NCBI RefSeq assembly: GCF_036588685.1
Contig: NC_086373.1
Coordinates: 21,204,001 to 21,268,000, forward strand
Direction: 5' to 3'
DNA from: Mytilus trossulus
Taxonomy: Eukaryota
Length of the DNA stretch: 64,000 nucleotides
Shown piece by piece: positions 1 to 17,100 of this stretch (positions are counted from its first letter, which is position 1; every line of letters starts with the position of its first letter). The notes below the pieces were generated by a model, which saw nothing but the letters and a program-made list of their open reading frames with translations, made no database searches and was not told the origin of the DNA. The position numbers and the translations under genes were made by a program.

Positions 1-229
1 AACTACAATGCTAAAAGTAACATACCTGTCAACTCACCCGTTTTTTGCGGGTGACACCCGTTATTTTCACCTCTCACCCGGGAGTTTTTCTTTACCCGGC
101 GGGTCCCGGGAATTTCTAACATTACCCGTTTCACCCGTATTTCTGACCGGAATTGTTTCCGGTATTCAGAAGTAATACGACCTTCGGTTTTATCGGTCTT
201 TTTCATTGTAACCAAAAGTCAAAATGTAG

Positions 230-910
230 GACTTGTTTACCTGAGCTACGTAACGATATTTCACAGGAGGTTGAAATCCTATCAATGAGGGTCTATAAAT
301 ATGTCAACTCGACTATCACAGTAGAGCTTCTCTCGTAGAGAGAAGCGAGAGAAGCTCTACGAGAGAAGCTCTACTGTGATAGTCGAGTTGACATATTTAT
401 AGACCCTCATTGATAGGATTTCAACCTCCTGTGACGAGAGAAGCTCTACTGTGATAGTCGAGTTGACATATTTATAGACCCTCATTGATAGGATTTCAAC
501 CTCCTGTGGATATTTTCAACAAGCTACAAGATGAGTTCAGTGACTATCAGTTGACCCCATTAGATGAACTTCCACTTTGCACTTCCCCTGAAACTGACAT
601 TGGTACATTTTGGGGAGAAATGTCCAAGTTGCATGACATTTTTCTTAACAAGCCAAGATTTTTTGTTTTGTCAAAACTTGCTAAAACATTACTGGTTTTG
701 CCAAACAGCAATGCAGACAGTGAGAGGGCATTTTCTTTAGTAAAGAAAATAGCTACAGAGTTTAGGGCTGATCTTAATAAGGATACACTGTGTGCTCTTC
801 TTTCTTGTAAAATGAATACACATTTGCATTGCTATGAACTGAAACCAAGTGCAGTTCTTTTAAAGAATGCCAAGTCTGCTTCTATGGAATATAACAATAG
901 TCTGAAATAA
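230..910 (+). pseudogene. hAT transposase C-terminal fragment interrupted by a MITE
   Basis: Removing 262-508 plus one GATATTT copy restores TCLPELRNDIFNKLQDEFSDYQL...SERAFS...NSLK*. The N-terminal catalytic part is absent. Confidence 0.8.
262..508. mobile_element. Palindromic MITE, CA...TG ends, 7-bp TSD (P-element-like)
   Basis: A ~74-bp arm (262-335) is inverted relative to two tandem copies (360-433, 435-508). GATATTT flanks both sides (255-261, 509-515). Confidence 0.75.
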
Positions 911-1191
911 ACTTGTATACATGTTCTAACTGTTTTATATACATATTGACTATATAAATTATATGTAAACATATTTTTGTTCTTCAATTGAGCCCGCAAA
1001 TGTCGTACGCGTTATGACCTGAGATTTTTTTTCTCAATGCAGGTCATGACCTGACTTTTCATTTTCAGAGGTTGACAGGTATGAAGTAAGGATTCAGTTT
1101 GTTCAACTACAATACAAATTCAAACTATTATAGACGGTAACATTTTTAATACATATTTTCTAAAACAAAAGCCTAAATATTTTTTACTTAC

Positions 1192-1406
1192 TTTACTTCA
1201 GGTGATTCATCTGTCCCGCCATTATCCCTTGCTCCAAAACTTTTAATGCTACTGGATTTTGATTTTAAAATGGTTACATTTCCCTTCTTGTTAGAAGTTG
1301 TGTCCCCACTTGATGCTGTAGAATGTTGGGTTCCGAGTCTGTGTCTACGATGTCCAGTTGTTCTGCATTTAAGTAAAGGTGCAGATGGCATAATATTAAT
1401 TACAAA
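1192..1406 (-). CDS. Probable exon of a gene that continues beyond the left edge of the window (product unknown)
   Basis: Acceptor TTTTTTTTAG at 1407-1416, open frame MPSAPLLKCRTTG...DESPEV, and donor GTAAGT at 1191-1186. No recognisable domain. Confidence 0.4.
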
Positions 1407-3789
1407 CTAAAAAAATCCTACATGAACTGTTAGAATTCAAAACAACAATCATTTTTAAAGAATTTTAAAATCCAATGTAAAAAGAAATATGCTTTTTACA
1501 ATTTCTTTTGAAACTGTACTAATGAAATTTAGAATTTTATTTGTACATTTAAAAATAGCTGAGATTTGATAGATAACAACCACTAACTTTCTTTTATTGA
1601 TTGAATGTTTTTAGATTTATCAACTTGACAGATATCCTTGTTTGTATGGTATTTTATCATGTACATAGTATTGACAGAAAAGTTTACAAAATATCATTGA
1701 TAATACAATAATAGTATCAAATATCAGATACTTAAATAGTCATCCCGTTTTAAACTACTATGTATCAATGTTAAATAACATTTCAAAGGTTAAAGTTTTT
1801 TGATAGTGTCATGTTTTAATTGTATGTCGGACTCGGTACAGTCTGACATTAACGTTTCAATTTAAATGATTTTCAAATTGTCAAAATTAATGGTGACAAA
1901 AAAGTGCATGCAATCTTGAGTTGCATTTTATTTTGTCTACCTTTTCTAACAGTTTTGTCTATTAATCACTTGAAGCAGACATTTTTGTAGGAGTTTTGAT
2001 TTCCTTTACTATATGGAAAGATTTGTATCAATAAGATTAGAACCCAAACACAGATCATTAATCTTTTTGGAACACTTTTGATCATAAGTTTTGAAGTATG
2101 TATACTCCTTGAATATTATTTTAGGGGGTTTAAGTCGTTCTAATGAAGATTTAACTCCATAATTGAGCTTTGCATTCACAAAATTTATGAAGTTACTTTC
2201 ATCTTTAAAGTTATTAAACTCAAAACAATGATATTCAAATTTATGAAAATAAATTTGACTCTCTTATTCAAATTTTTTCTTAGGAGTTGGGCATTTTTGT
2301 TATTTTACCTTTGAATGACAAAATGAAGGTTTGTTAGTTCTGAGTCAGAATAATACATACTTTCCCACATGAGTATAATATTTGCCACTGGGTGCTAAAC
2401 TTAAAATCTTATTTCTTTATCTTATTCAAACCTCAAGAGGGAGACCTTTTTTAAAAGGATGTTTACTTATTCATCTTTAGTGAAGAATACCATTACAAGT
2501 CATAATATGCATGTAAATTACAAGTTATTCTCTCGATTCTTAAACTGCTGACAAAACATGAATTTAATGATGTGTATGTAAAAAAAGATTTTTGCAATAT
2601 CAAGAGGGGTAATATATTCTATAAACAACGATTAACTTTACAAATGAGAAATAATTTTTAAAGTCATTGTTCTTAGCTATTTGCAGTTGAGTTCAATCAA
2701 AATTCTAACAAGAGAATATAAAAATTTGACAAAATATAATGTCTGATATTTAATTAAAAATAAAAAAAAAATAAAAAAATATAAGATTCCATAGCAAGTT
2801 ATTCCTAAATCAATCCTATGACTAACTCTTACCTCTAATATATTCCAATATTTCTGATGATCATACAATAAATACAATGTCTTCTACCAAGCAAGAAAGA
2901 ATACAAATCTTCTGACAGATGCACAATAATTATAGAGGGTGTCATCTTAACAATAAAGTTGCTCTCTTTATTGGCAATGTTGATGATGAATAGTGGTATT
3001 ACTGACATTCTGTTTATGATAGAATCTGGAGTGGTTCTCTCAGCAAATCTATCTGCAAATGACAAATGGATGCCAACATTGACAAGATGTTAATTTCCTT
3101 GATAAAAATCAATTAATGTTATTGTTTCCATGATTTTGTTACTTCTTTATGATTAGCATTTTCAACCTTCATTGGAAATTTCCCCCTTTTAATTATGAGA
3201 ATGCAATTAAAGTTTGTTAAATATTAAAAACATTGTCAATAGGTCACAATGCCCTTCTTCAAGGTTCTCATAAATCCAACTGATGAACAAAGAAAAATAA
3301 ATATTTTCAAAATGAAAATAGTGGCAAAGTGATTTTTATGTTAATTTTATTGTTTCCATATGTTATGTACAAATAAAACAAGTTTTATAATCTTCTTTTG
3401 ACCATTTATTAAAATATGTGCTTGTACAATGGTGAAAACTTGGGATAACAAATAAAAACCTCTCTTCTTTCAAAATCATTCCACTTTTTTGACAGATGCT
3501 AAGCGGGGAAATAGCATAGTAGTAAAAGCAAATACAATACCTTTAATATAGACAATTCATGATATGATAAGAATAATTTATGGTATCTTATCTATTTGTT
3601 TCCCTAGAAGATTTCCTGTATATTTATATGAGGTTACTTACAGATATGAAATATGAATGCATTTTCTTTGATATTTACAAATCATCATACAAGTCTTAAA
3701 AGCTGGTACAAATGTAGTAATAATATGAGGCTTTTTGTGCATTTCAACCCTGTATGGTGCCAAGTACAACTCAAATTCATATGAGGAAC

Positions 3790-4342
3790 AGAGATTACTA
3801 AAATTGTGAAAAAAATGACTATAAACGGCAATAACTCCTTGTGAGGCCAACTGACCTTTGTTTTGTCGACTTATTTGTAAATCTTACTTTTTTGAAAAAT
3901 TTATTACTGTTCACAGTTTATGTCTTTCAATAATAACATTTAAGATAATAACCAAAAATGGCAAAATTTCTTTAAAAGTACCAATTCAGGGGCAGCAACC
4001 CAACAAACGTTTGTCTGATTTATCTGAAAATTTCAGGGCAGTATTAGATATTGACCTGCTAAACAATGTAATCTCTTTGTCAGATTTGCTCTAAATGCTT
4101 TGTTTTGAGAGATATAAGCCAAAATCTACATTTTACCCCTATGTTCTATTTCTAGCCATGGCAACTTTCTAGGTTGGCTGGCCAGGTCATTGAACACATT
4201 TGTTAAACTAGATACCCAAATAATGATTGTGGCCAAGTTTGGTTAAATTTGGCCAATCAGTTTCAGAGAAGATTTTTGTAAAAGTTTACGGTCGGTCGAT
4301 GGATGCCAAGTGATGAGAAAAGCTCACTTGGCCAGGTGAGCT
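3790..4342 (-). mobile_element. Fragment of the Helentron-associated (HINE-type) element family
   Basis: Reverse-complement match to the 5' end and repeat unit of 22815-24590 (AGCTCACCTGGCC...CTTTTACAAAAATCTTCTC). Left boundary approximate. Confidence 0.7.
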
Positions 4343-7300
4343 AAAAATAAGAAATAAACTGTGTAAACAGCATATTGGCAGTACAATGTAATTCATCAAT
4401 TTTATTAGAGTGGAAAATCCATGACTTAAGCACATTTGTATTTCTGTTCTGAATAATTTCTGAATGCTAGTAAAACTCATAACCAAACAAAAGACTACTA
4501 TAAAACAGGATATAAACTATGATGCTCAGATACATAATTGAGAAAATGTAGGTCACTGTGATACACATTTGGAAATACATAATGAGAAACTGTAGTAGTT
4601 CTACATCATTATCAAATTACAAAGTTTTAAGCAAAGAAATATTAAAAGCAAGAAGTTCTAATTAAAAATGAAAGACCTCCTTATATTCTTACCAACATCA
4701 TTTTCTTATTTAAGATCAATTTTATTTACAATTCACTTACTGGTACAAGTTCTTATGTTCACTAATCTCACTCTCGACTGAACTGCTGTACTGAACTCGA
4801 ATCAATATAGTCTTGTTTTTAAATGATCTGTGCCTTAAATCAAAATAACTCAGATCACTTATTTGAAACATTGCAGTACCATTATCAGGCTAACTAATTC
4901 TTTGTTTCAGCACTGAGATTAGCATGTTTTGAACATATGCTCCTAGATGTCAACATCTATTGGTGCTGAAAGATTAAGAAATATTTTAGCATACAATGTG
5001 CTTGCCTTTATATGTTTTGCCAGATTGTAGACATTTGCAGTTTATCAAGCTAGAAGATATATATTTTAGCATACCAACATCATGTTTTGACCTACAAAAT
5101 GTAGTTGTAATCTATCCTTAATTTTTTTAATTTTTTACTTTGGCTCAACAATTTTAAAGTCAATTTATAAAAAAACTCAAGATATACATCATTTAACCCT
5201 ACCTTGAGTTGTCATTTTTAAGCAGGTTTTGCAATTATATTTGTTTCATAGGGTGGAGATGGCATAGGTGATTGATATTCAGAGAATCATCTCTAGGATT
5301 TCAAATGTTCACAATCTTCAAGGTAAACATAAAGAACAAGAGAACATTGGTAATGGTCAAATGTTTAGGTTTTTTTTGGCCTATAGTCATTGTGAGCTAA
5401 ACTTTATCATACTTTCCAATATTTTCATGAACTATTCTTTTCTTTTCTTCATATTTGATGGTGAAAATGGACAGCTGGACATACTGTAGCATTCACCCCG
5501 ATACAGCAACCATTGGAAAACATCATGCATCACCAATAACCTTCTGTTCTTTCATTATATAAATTATCTTGCCTCATCACTTGTTTCTCCTCTGGAGCAC
5601 TGGATATCACTCCCAGTTTTGGGTGGGGTTTGTGTTGCTCAGTCTAGTTTACTATGTTATGTTTGGTGAACTATTGTTTGTCCTTTTCTCTTTTATTTTT
5701 TTAACCATGGCATTTTCAGTTTATTTTTTACTTAAGAGTTTGAATTTCCCTTTGGTATCTTTATAACAAAAAACCATGGTAATAAAGATAAAATTGAGAA
5801 TGGAAATGGGGAATGTGTCAAAGAGACAACAACCTGACCATAGAACAGACAACAGCAGAGCTGCATGTGTTGTCATATATATATATATATATAGCCTAGG
5901 ATACCCCAATTTGTAATACAAAGTATAGAAAAACAGGAAGTGAGTGTCTGACAGATTTGAAAAAAGTATTCACACACAACTCATCACAGTATCATGCTGC
6001 TGACCAAATATGAAGATTTATGAAAATAAAAATCCTTTAGTTCAGTAGTACCAGAGGGGATATAATAAATATCTCATGACTAAATATTCTGTTTAAGAAT
6101 GTGATTACAATATTCACAAGGATAATTCTAAAATCTTTCAATCTGGTTAAAATCTTAAATAATAGAGAGAAAAAAAATCTTTCACATATTCACAACACCA
6201 ATTGGTCTCCCTTAAAAACTAATTGCTGATGAAAAGTTGGTATAATTTTTATTCACTTTTAATTTCTACTTAATTTATCTTGTGAAATGCACTATGAATG
6301 TTGATATAATTGTTTGAATTATACGATGTAGTGATGCAGTGCCGAGACAAATGGTCCGTTGTCTGCATTCATAAAGTTATTTCCTGGTCATTTCATTTTT
6401 TAATTCAAATTTTCAATTGAAAAATTCTGACAAATGTGCAGAGAAATCTTAATTTCATATAATTTTGAATTCAATTTAATATTCAATAGCAAGATATAAT
6501 TATTGAGTGCATAATTGGGATAAAATGGAAAGTTTAACTGTCATTTCTAAATATTGGATACCAAATTTATTCTGTTTAATAAAAGTACAAAAGGATATCT
6601 GATTTGAGATGTATTTTTTTTAATCAAAGGGGAACAATCATAAATACCAGAAACTATAGGCTGAGCTTGGAATTCTGATAAAAAGTGTGGACACAAAGAT
6701 GTGACTCACATTTGATATAAGTGGCTGCTTTATATTCAGTGGCAACTATAACATGAATTTTCAGGTAAAGGTATGTTAGTGTAAAATGAAGATGCCTTGC
6801 TTTGTATTAGATAGATGCTGATAAGATATTTGACATGTTTGCTTACAAGAAATGTTAAAGAGCTTGACTGTCGGACTCTGGAGCTGACTAATATATGCTC
6901 TTTCTTCTAAATACTGTACTTGACAATGAAACAGTAAAAATGCAATATTAAAATTAGTACAACCTGGCTATGGTTTGAAACCCAAGACATGACAAGCTTC
7001 CATTTTGGTCAATGTTTACAACATAATTCATAAATTCAATAAGGTAACTACATATTGCTCATTTGGATCATTATCCTATTATGTGAAAATTATATTTTCA
7101 ACCCCTTTAGACTATTTTCTAATAACGTTTAGTTTTATCAAGTAACCCCAAGTTTTAGAAAAGTGTTCATTTTAGCTAAATGAAAGGAAATACCTTGGAT
7201 GTTCACCAGATTCAATGCTGGTATCAATAATTGAAAAAACTGGAGAATTTTCATTAACCAATTGAACATTTAATGTGTATGAATCCAATATGGACGTAAA

Positions 7301-8135
7301 TATAAATTATACATTTCCCTTCAAAATCACATGATCAAACACATACTTCATGTGTATACACAACTTCCCAACAAAAAGTAAGTATCTATAGTACATTTGC
7401 TAAATGATGAACTCATAAAAAGGTAAAAAATAAGACTGTTATAAATTAGTAGTGAAAAAGTTACTAATCAAATATCAATAGGATAGTCTCTCCAAAATGC
7501 TTTTTTGGTGTGAAAAAATGGTCTTCATTTGAAACTTTTCCTAGCTTCTATATCAAGTCTATCCTATAGTTTTGCCACTAACTGTGTTCATGTTAAAACA
7601 GTTTATGTACAATTGAATTGTTAATCGTTTTGACATTAATTTTCTTCACTCTACATTGTGAGGTGTTCTTAAATTACATAAACTGTTGTTTAAATCAAAT
7701 TACTTTAACCCTTGCTGAAAAATTATCTTGACACCAGACAGATGAAAGATTGAATACTTTCACTATGAAATAAAGTCATTACAAAATGTTAAGGTCAAGA
7801 AAGTTGCTAATCATTTTAACCAACAAAACTGTAAAAAAATATTTAAAAAATTACATGATTTAAATGTCCTAATGAACGCTACATTATGTTCTTAATTTTC
7901 TTCACATAATAAGACAAGTGTACAAATATATATATCATTTATGTCAAAACTCTGATTAATGAAATTTAATGTAATTAAAACCAATTTTGCCTATTGAGTA
8001 ATAATATGACTTTAATTTCATGTATGCATACACTAATATACTCAAAGCACAAATTCTGTTCACAACATTGCAGCATAATATACTGAAAGCACAAATTCTG
8101 TTCCTTGTATGCAACATAAAACCCAAAGTTTAGAA

Positions 8136-12340
<4,205 letters not shown>

Positions 12341-12344
12341 TTTC

Positions 12345-12460
12345 TCTGTAAATTAACACCTCTGTCTGCTGTCAATGAGCCGTTGAGAGTACGTCTCTGT
12401 AATCAGAGCGGGAAAGTGTTGTGAAGATACCGGAAATGGGAGGAGTCAACGGCGTGACTG
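12345..12460 (-). promoter_or_regulatory. Candidate 5'UTR/proximal promoter of alpha-tubulin
   Basis: CpG-containing patch directly upstream of the ATG exon, with GCGGGAAA (12408-12415, E2F-like) and CCGGAAAT (12430-12437, ETS-like). Motif matches only. Confidence 0.35.
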
Positions 12461-12461
12461 T

Positions 12462-12650
12462 AGTGGCTAACCAAGATCAACCAACATAATCAAAAGATAG
12501 ATGGTTTTAACCAGCACCTGTACATAAATTATGAGCTCAATTTGGAACTTTTTATATTAAATGTTATTTACAAAGTTTTGTCATGTTCAAACGTCATTTA
12601 AATTTTATACTTGAGTGATGGGTCGAAGTACCCCTTTCGAGTGACGACAT
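12462..12650 (+). mobile_element. 3'UTR fragment of a non-LTR retrotransposon (same family as 31540-32125), split by later insertions
   Basis: Aligns by eye with 31931-32123 (TAGTGGCTAA...GCACCTGTA.ATAAATTAT...TATACTTGAGT.ATGGGTCGAAGTA). It continues at 14190-14221 into a (GATGTA)n tail. Confidence 0.7.
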
Positions 12651-14189
12651 AGGCCGTGTTCACACCAAACGCTGTGTAGAGTAAACATGTTTACAATTAG
12701 TTTAGTGTAGTCAGAGACATATAATATATGTCTCTGGTGTAGTGTACACTGGTTTCACATTACATTTGTTCACATCTATACACCTTGTTTAGCTACCTTT
12801 ACATAAGATTTGTTCCCACTTGTAAACTATATGTCATTTAAATGTTAATTACGTAGAACTTTTTTGGAAAATTTTTCTAGCGGTAAGGGAACAATCATTT
12901 GACTTCAAAAGGGGGGTGGGGGATGGGAATGGAAATATTCCGATCCCCAATTTGATAAGAAAAAAAAGAAAAAAGGTCATACAGATGATAAAAAAAATTA
13001 TTCTGAACCAAGAGTTTCCCCATACATTATAGTGTTAAATATTGAAAAAAAGTATTTGATCACCAGCATCGAAAAAAAGGAATAAAAGGACAAAAATCGG
13101 ACTCAGATAAAAAAAATAACACTCCCCCTTTTTTTAAGTTAAGTGGTTGCTACTTTATGAAAGCCATTTTTATAATTTGCAGTAGTTTGCATATACTAGA
13201 GATGTCTCGATAACGCATTAGAAAACGTTAGCTGCAACAGCGTGCTAACAGCCGGAAAAAAAAGGATTGAGATATTAGGGATCACTACATTTTTATCTTT
13301 TCTGCTCGTTTCAAATGGTATTTCTTCTACAAGGAGTATTTGGTAAAGGAATAGGGTAACGTTTTCTTTTATCTATTTTACGTGTTATTTAACGGATCTG
13401 AGATACTAGACAAACATATCATTTACCTCACACTTTTTTTAGTCCTGCATTTATGCGTGAATCGTTTTTCGAGTAAAGACCAGTGGCGAATATTTCTGTG
13501 TACGTCAAGTCGATTCGGGAAGACCTTTTCAAATGAATTAGGCAGCAATTATTTACTTCATTTTTTTGTGGAGAGGGAGGGGAGCTTGAGCTATTGATTT
13601 TTTTTCAGGACAAATTTTGGTGACAAGTCGAAATCTATTTTAGCATTATATTTAGTGGCAGCTGAGGGTGAAACAAACAAAAAAAAATTTCAGGGCCAAA
13701 AACTGGAAACATTTTTTGTTTCCAAAACTAAATCCATAGCTCACCACCACCACCCCCTTGCCTTTATGTTTTATACTACACTATAATAGCCCCCCCCCCC
13801 CCCCCCGAAAATCAATTGGTTGCTGCCTTATGGGTTCGGCAATGATGCTGCTTTGAGTCTTGATTGGGGTTTAATAAAGTACGTTAATTTTTTTTAACAA
13901 AAAAAACCCTGTAAAATTTAGAGAACTAATAATTATCAAAAATATCAATTTTACTCAAAAATAGTTTCCTCCTTAAATATAGACACGATAAAACTAATGT
14001 CCTAAATGCCTAGTTTTGTGTACACTTAACCTACACAAGGCCTACACTGACTATCGACTGTGTGTAGGTAAAACATGATTTAAACTACATGTAAACATTG
14101 AGTTTTATCAATGGGAACGCAATTCTGTTTAGTTTACGTGTGAGTTACACTAACACAACACCGAATTTAGGTCAATGTGAACACGGCCT
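12651..14189. mobile_element. Non-autonomous DNA transposon, TIR AGGCCGTGTTCACA, AT TSD (ISL2EU/Harbinger-like), containing nested MITEs
   Basis: TIRs at 12651-12664 and 14176-14189. The paralogous empty site GACATGAT at 32116-32123 shows an AT duplication. Extra right ends at 16228, 18258 and 20287. Confidence 0.75.
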
Positions 14190-17100
14190 ATGATGTCGAT
14201 CCTAGTCGTAGATGTAGATGTCACTGGTATTAAAGAGATAATGGTAACTGCAATTACGATTATCCCAATATGGCGACGGTAGATATAGGTAAAATCTTTA
14301 CACTCATTTTTCTTACATGTAGCATGCTTTTGTCAATAGTTACTCAGCTGCAAGGTTTATCTATACCATTACATCATATTTGAATCGTTACGGTGCACTG
14401 GAATTGTCTAAGCGCTGTGAAAATAGCCGTTGAAAAATTCGGGATGATAATCGTAACTCTATGGTATTTTTCTTCTTTGATAATCGTAATTTTCTTAATC
14501 GGATAATAGTAACTGAAACATAATAAATGTGTCTTTCAGCATTTCAATGGTATTTTGTGCGTTAAAATGTAATTTAATAGAAAAGTACGGATTATATGGC
14601 AAGCATGCAAATACAAAAATGTTCCTTGTTTAGTACCTTCAATATTTTTCTCTACAATATCTTCCATGCATATGTATAAAGCATATTTTTCATATACCGA
14701 GTATTTATGAATTTTTAATAAGTTTGTTTCTTATTTTGCGGAATATGGGTTATTCAATTATTCTCAATTTTGCAGTCATTCTTTGAACATTACATTTGTT
14801 CACATCTATACACCTTGTTTAGCTACCTTTACATAAGATTTGTTCCCACTTGTAAACTATATGTCATTTAAATGTTAATTACGTAGAACTTTTTTGGAAA
14901 ATTTTTCTAGCGGTAAGGGAACAATCATTTGACTTCAAAAGGGGGGTGGGGGATGGGAATGGAAATATTCCGATCCCCAATTTGATAAAAAAAAAAAAAA
15001 AAAAAAGGTCATACAGATGATAAAAAAAATTATTCTGAACCAAGAGTTTCCCCATACATTATAGTGTTAAATATTGAAAAAAAGTATTTGATCACCAGCA
15101 TCGAAAAAAAGGAATAAAAGGACAAAAATCGGACTCAGATAAAAAAAATAACACTCCCCCTTTTTTTAAGTTAAGTGGTTGCTACTTTATGAAAGCCATT
15201 TTTATAATTTGCAGTAGTTTGCATATACTAGAGATGTCTCGATAACGCATTAGAAAACGTTAGCTGCAACAGCGTGCTAACAGCCGAAAAAAAAAGGATT
15301 GAGATATTAGGGATCACTACATTTTTATCTTTTCTGCTCGTTTCAAATGGTATTTCTTCTCCAAGGAGTATTTGGTAAAGGAATAGGGTAACGTTTTCTT
15401 TTATCTATTTTACGTGTTATTTAACGGATCTGAGATACTAGACAAACATATATCATTTACCTCACACTTTTTTTAGTCCTGCATTTATGCGTGAATCGTT
15501 TTTCGAGTAAAGACCAGTGGCGAATATTTCTGTGTACGTCAAGTCGATTCGGGAAGACCTTTTCAAATGAATTAGGCAGCAATTATTTACTTCATTTTTT
15601 TGTGGAGAGGGAGGGGAGCTTGAGCTATTGATTTTTTTTCAGGACAAATTTTGGTGACAAGTCGAAATCTATTTTAGCATTATATTTAGTGGCAGCTGAG
15701 GGTGAAACAAACAAAAAAAAAATTCAGGGCCAAAAACTGGAAACATTTTTTGTTTCCAAAACTAAATCCATAGCTCACCACCACCACCCCCTTGCCTTTA
15801 TGTTTTATACTACACTATAATAGCCCCCCCCCCCCCCCCCCCCCCGAAAATCAATTGGTTGCTGCCTTATGGGTTCGGCAATGATGCTGCTTTGAGTCTT
15901 GATTGGGGTTTAATAAAGTACGTTAATTTTTTTTAACAAAAAAAACCCTGTAAAATTTAGAGAACTAATAATTATCAAAAATATCAATTTTACTCAAAAA
16001 TAGTTTCCTCCTTAAATATAGACACGATAAAACTAATGTCCTAAATGCCTAGTTTTGTGTACACTTAACCTACACAAGGCCTACACTGACTATCGACTGT
16101 GTGTAGGTAAAACATGATTTAAACTACATGTAAACATTGAGTTTTATCAATGGGAACGCAATTCTGTTTAGTTTACGTGTGAGTTACACTAACACAACAC
16201 CGAATTTAGGTCAATGTGAACACGGCCTATGATGTCGATCCTAGTCGTAGATGTAGATGTCACTGGTATTAAAGAGATAATGGTAACTGCAATTACGATT
16301 ATCCCAATATGGCGACGGTAGATATAGGTAAAATCTTTACACTCATTTTTCTTACATGTAGCATGCTTTTGTCAATAGTTACTCAGCTGCAAGGTTTATC
16401 TATACCATTACATCATATTTGAATCGTTACGGTGCACTGGAATTGTCTAAGCGCTGTGAAAATAGCCGTTGAAAAATTCGGGATGATAATCGTAACTCTA
16501 TGGTATTTTTCTTCTTTGATAATCGTAATTTTCTTAATCGGATAATAGTAACTGAAACATAATAAATGTGTCTTTCAGCATTTCAATGGTATTTTGTGCG
16601 TTAAAATGTAATTTAATAGAAAAGTACGGATTATATGGCAAGCATGCAAATACAAAAATGTTCCTTGTTTAGTACCTTCAATATTTTTCTCTACAATATC
16701 TTCCATGCATATGTATAAAGCATATTTTTCATATACCGAGTATTTATGAATTTTTAATAAGTTTGTTTCTTATTTTGCGGAATATGGGTTATTCAATTAT
16801 TCTCAATTTTGCAGTCATTCTTTGAACATTACATTTGTTCACATCTATACACCTTGTTTAGCTACCTTTACATAAGATTTGTTCCCACTTGTAAACTATA
16901 TGTCATTTAAATGTTAATTACGTAGAACTTTTTTGGAAAATTTTTCTAGCGGTAAGGGAACAATCATTTGACTTCAAAAGGGGGGTGGGGGATGGGAATG
17001 GAAATATTCCGATCCCCAATTTGATAAAAAAAAAAAAAAAAAAAAAGGTCATACAGATGATAAAAAAAATTATTCTGAACCAAGAGTTTCCCCATACATT

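Larger units (their letters stand above)
21..1083 (+). mobile_element. Internally deleted hAT DNA transposon with 6-bp TSD, carrying a transposase C-terminal (dimerisation domain) remnant
   Basis: TIRs CATACCTGTCAAC (21-33) and GTTGACAGGTATG (1071-1083). AAGTAA lies on both sides (15-20, 1084-1089). ORF 485-910 contains LAKTLLVLPNSNADSERAFS, the hAT C-terminal motif. Subterminal CACCCG repeats. Confidence 0.85.

Noticed and set aside
2677-3065. Overlapping minus-strand ORFs and a possible 51-bp exon at 2833-2883
   Set aside because: Splice-like sites exist, but there is no domain or consistent frame to support a call.
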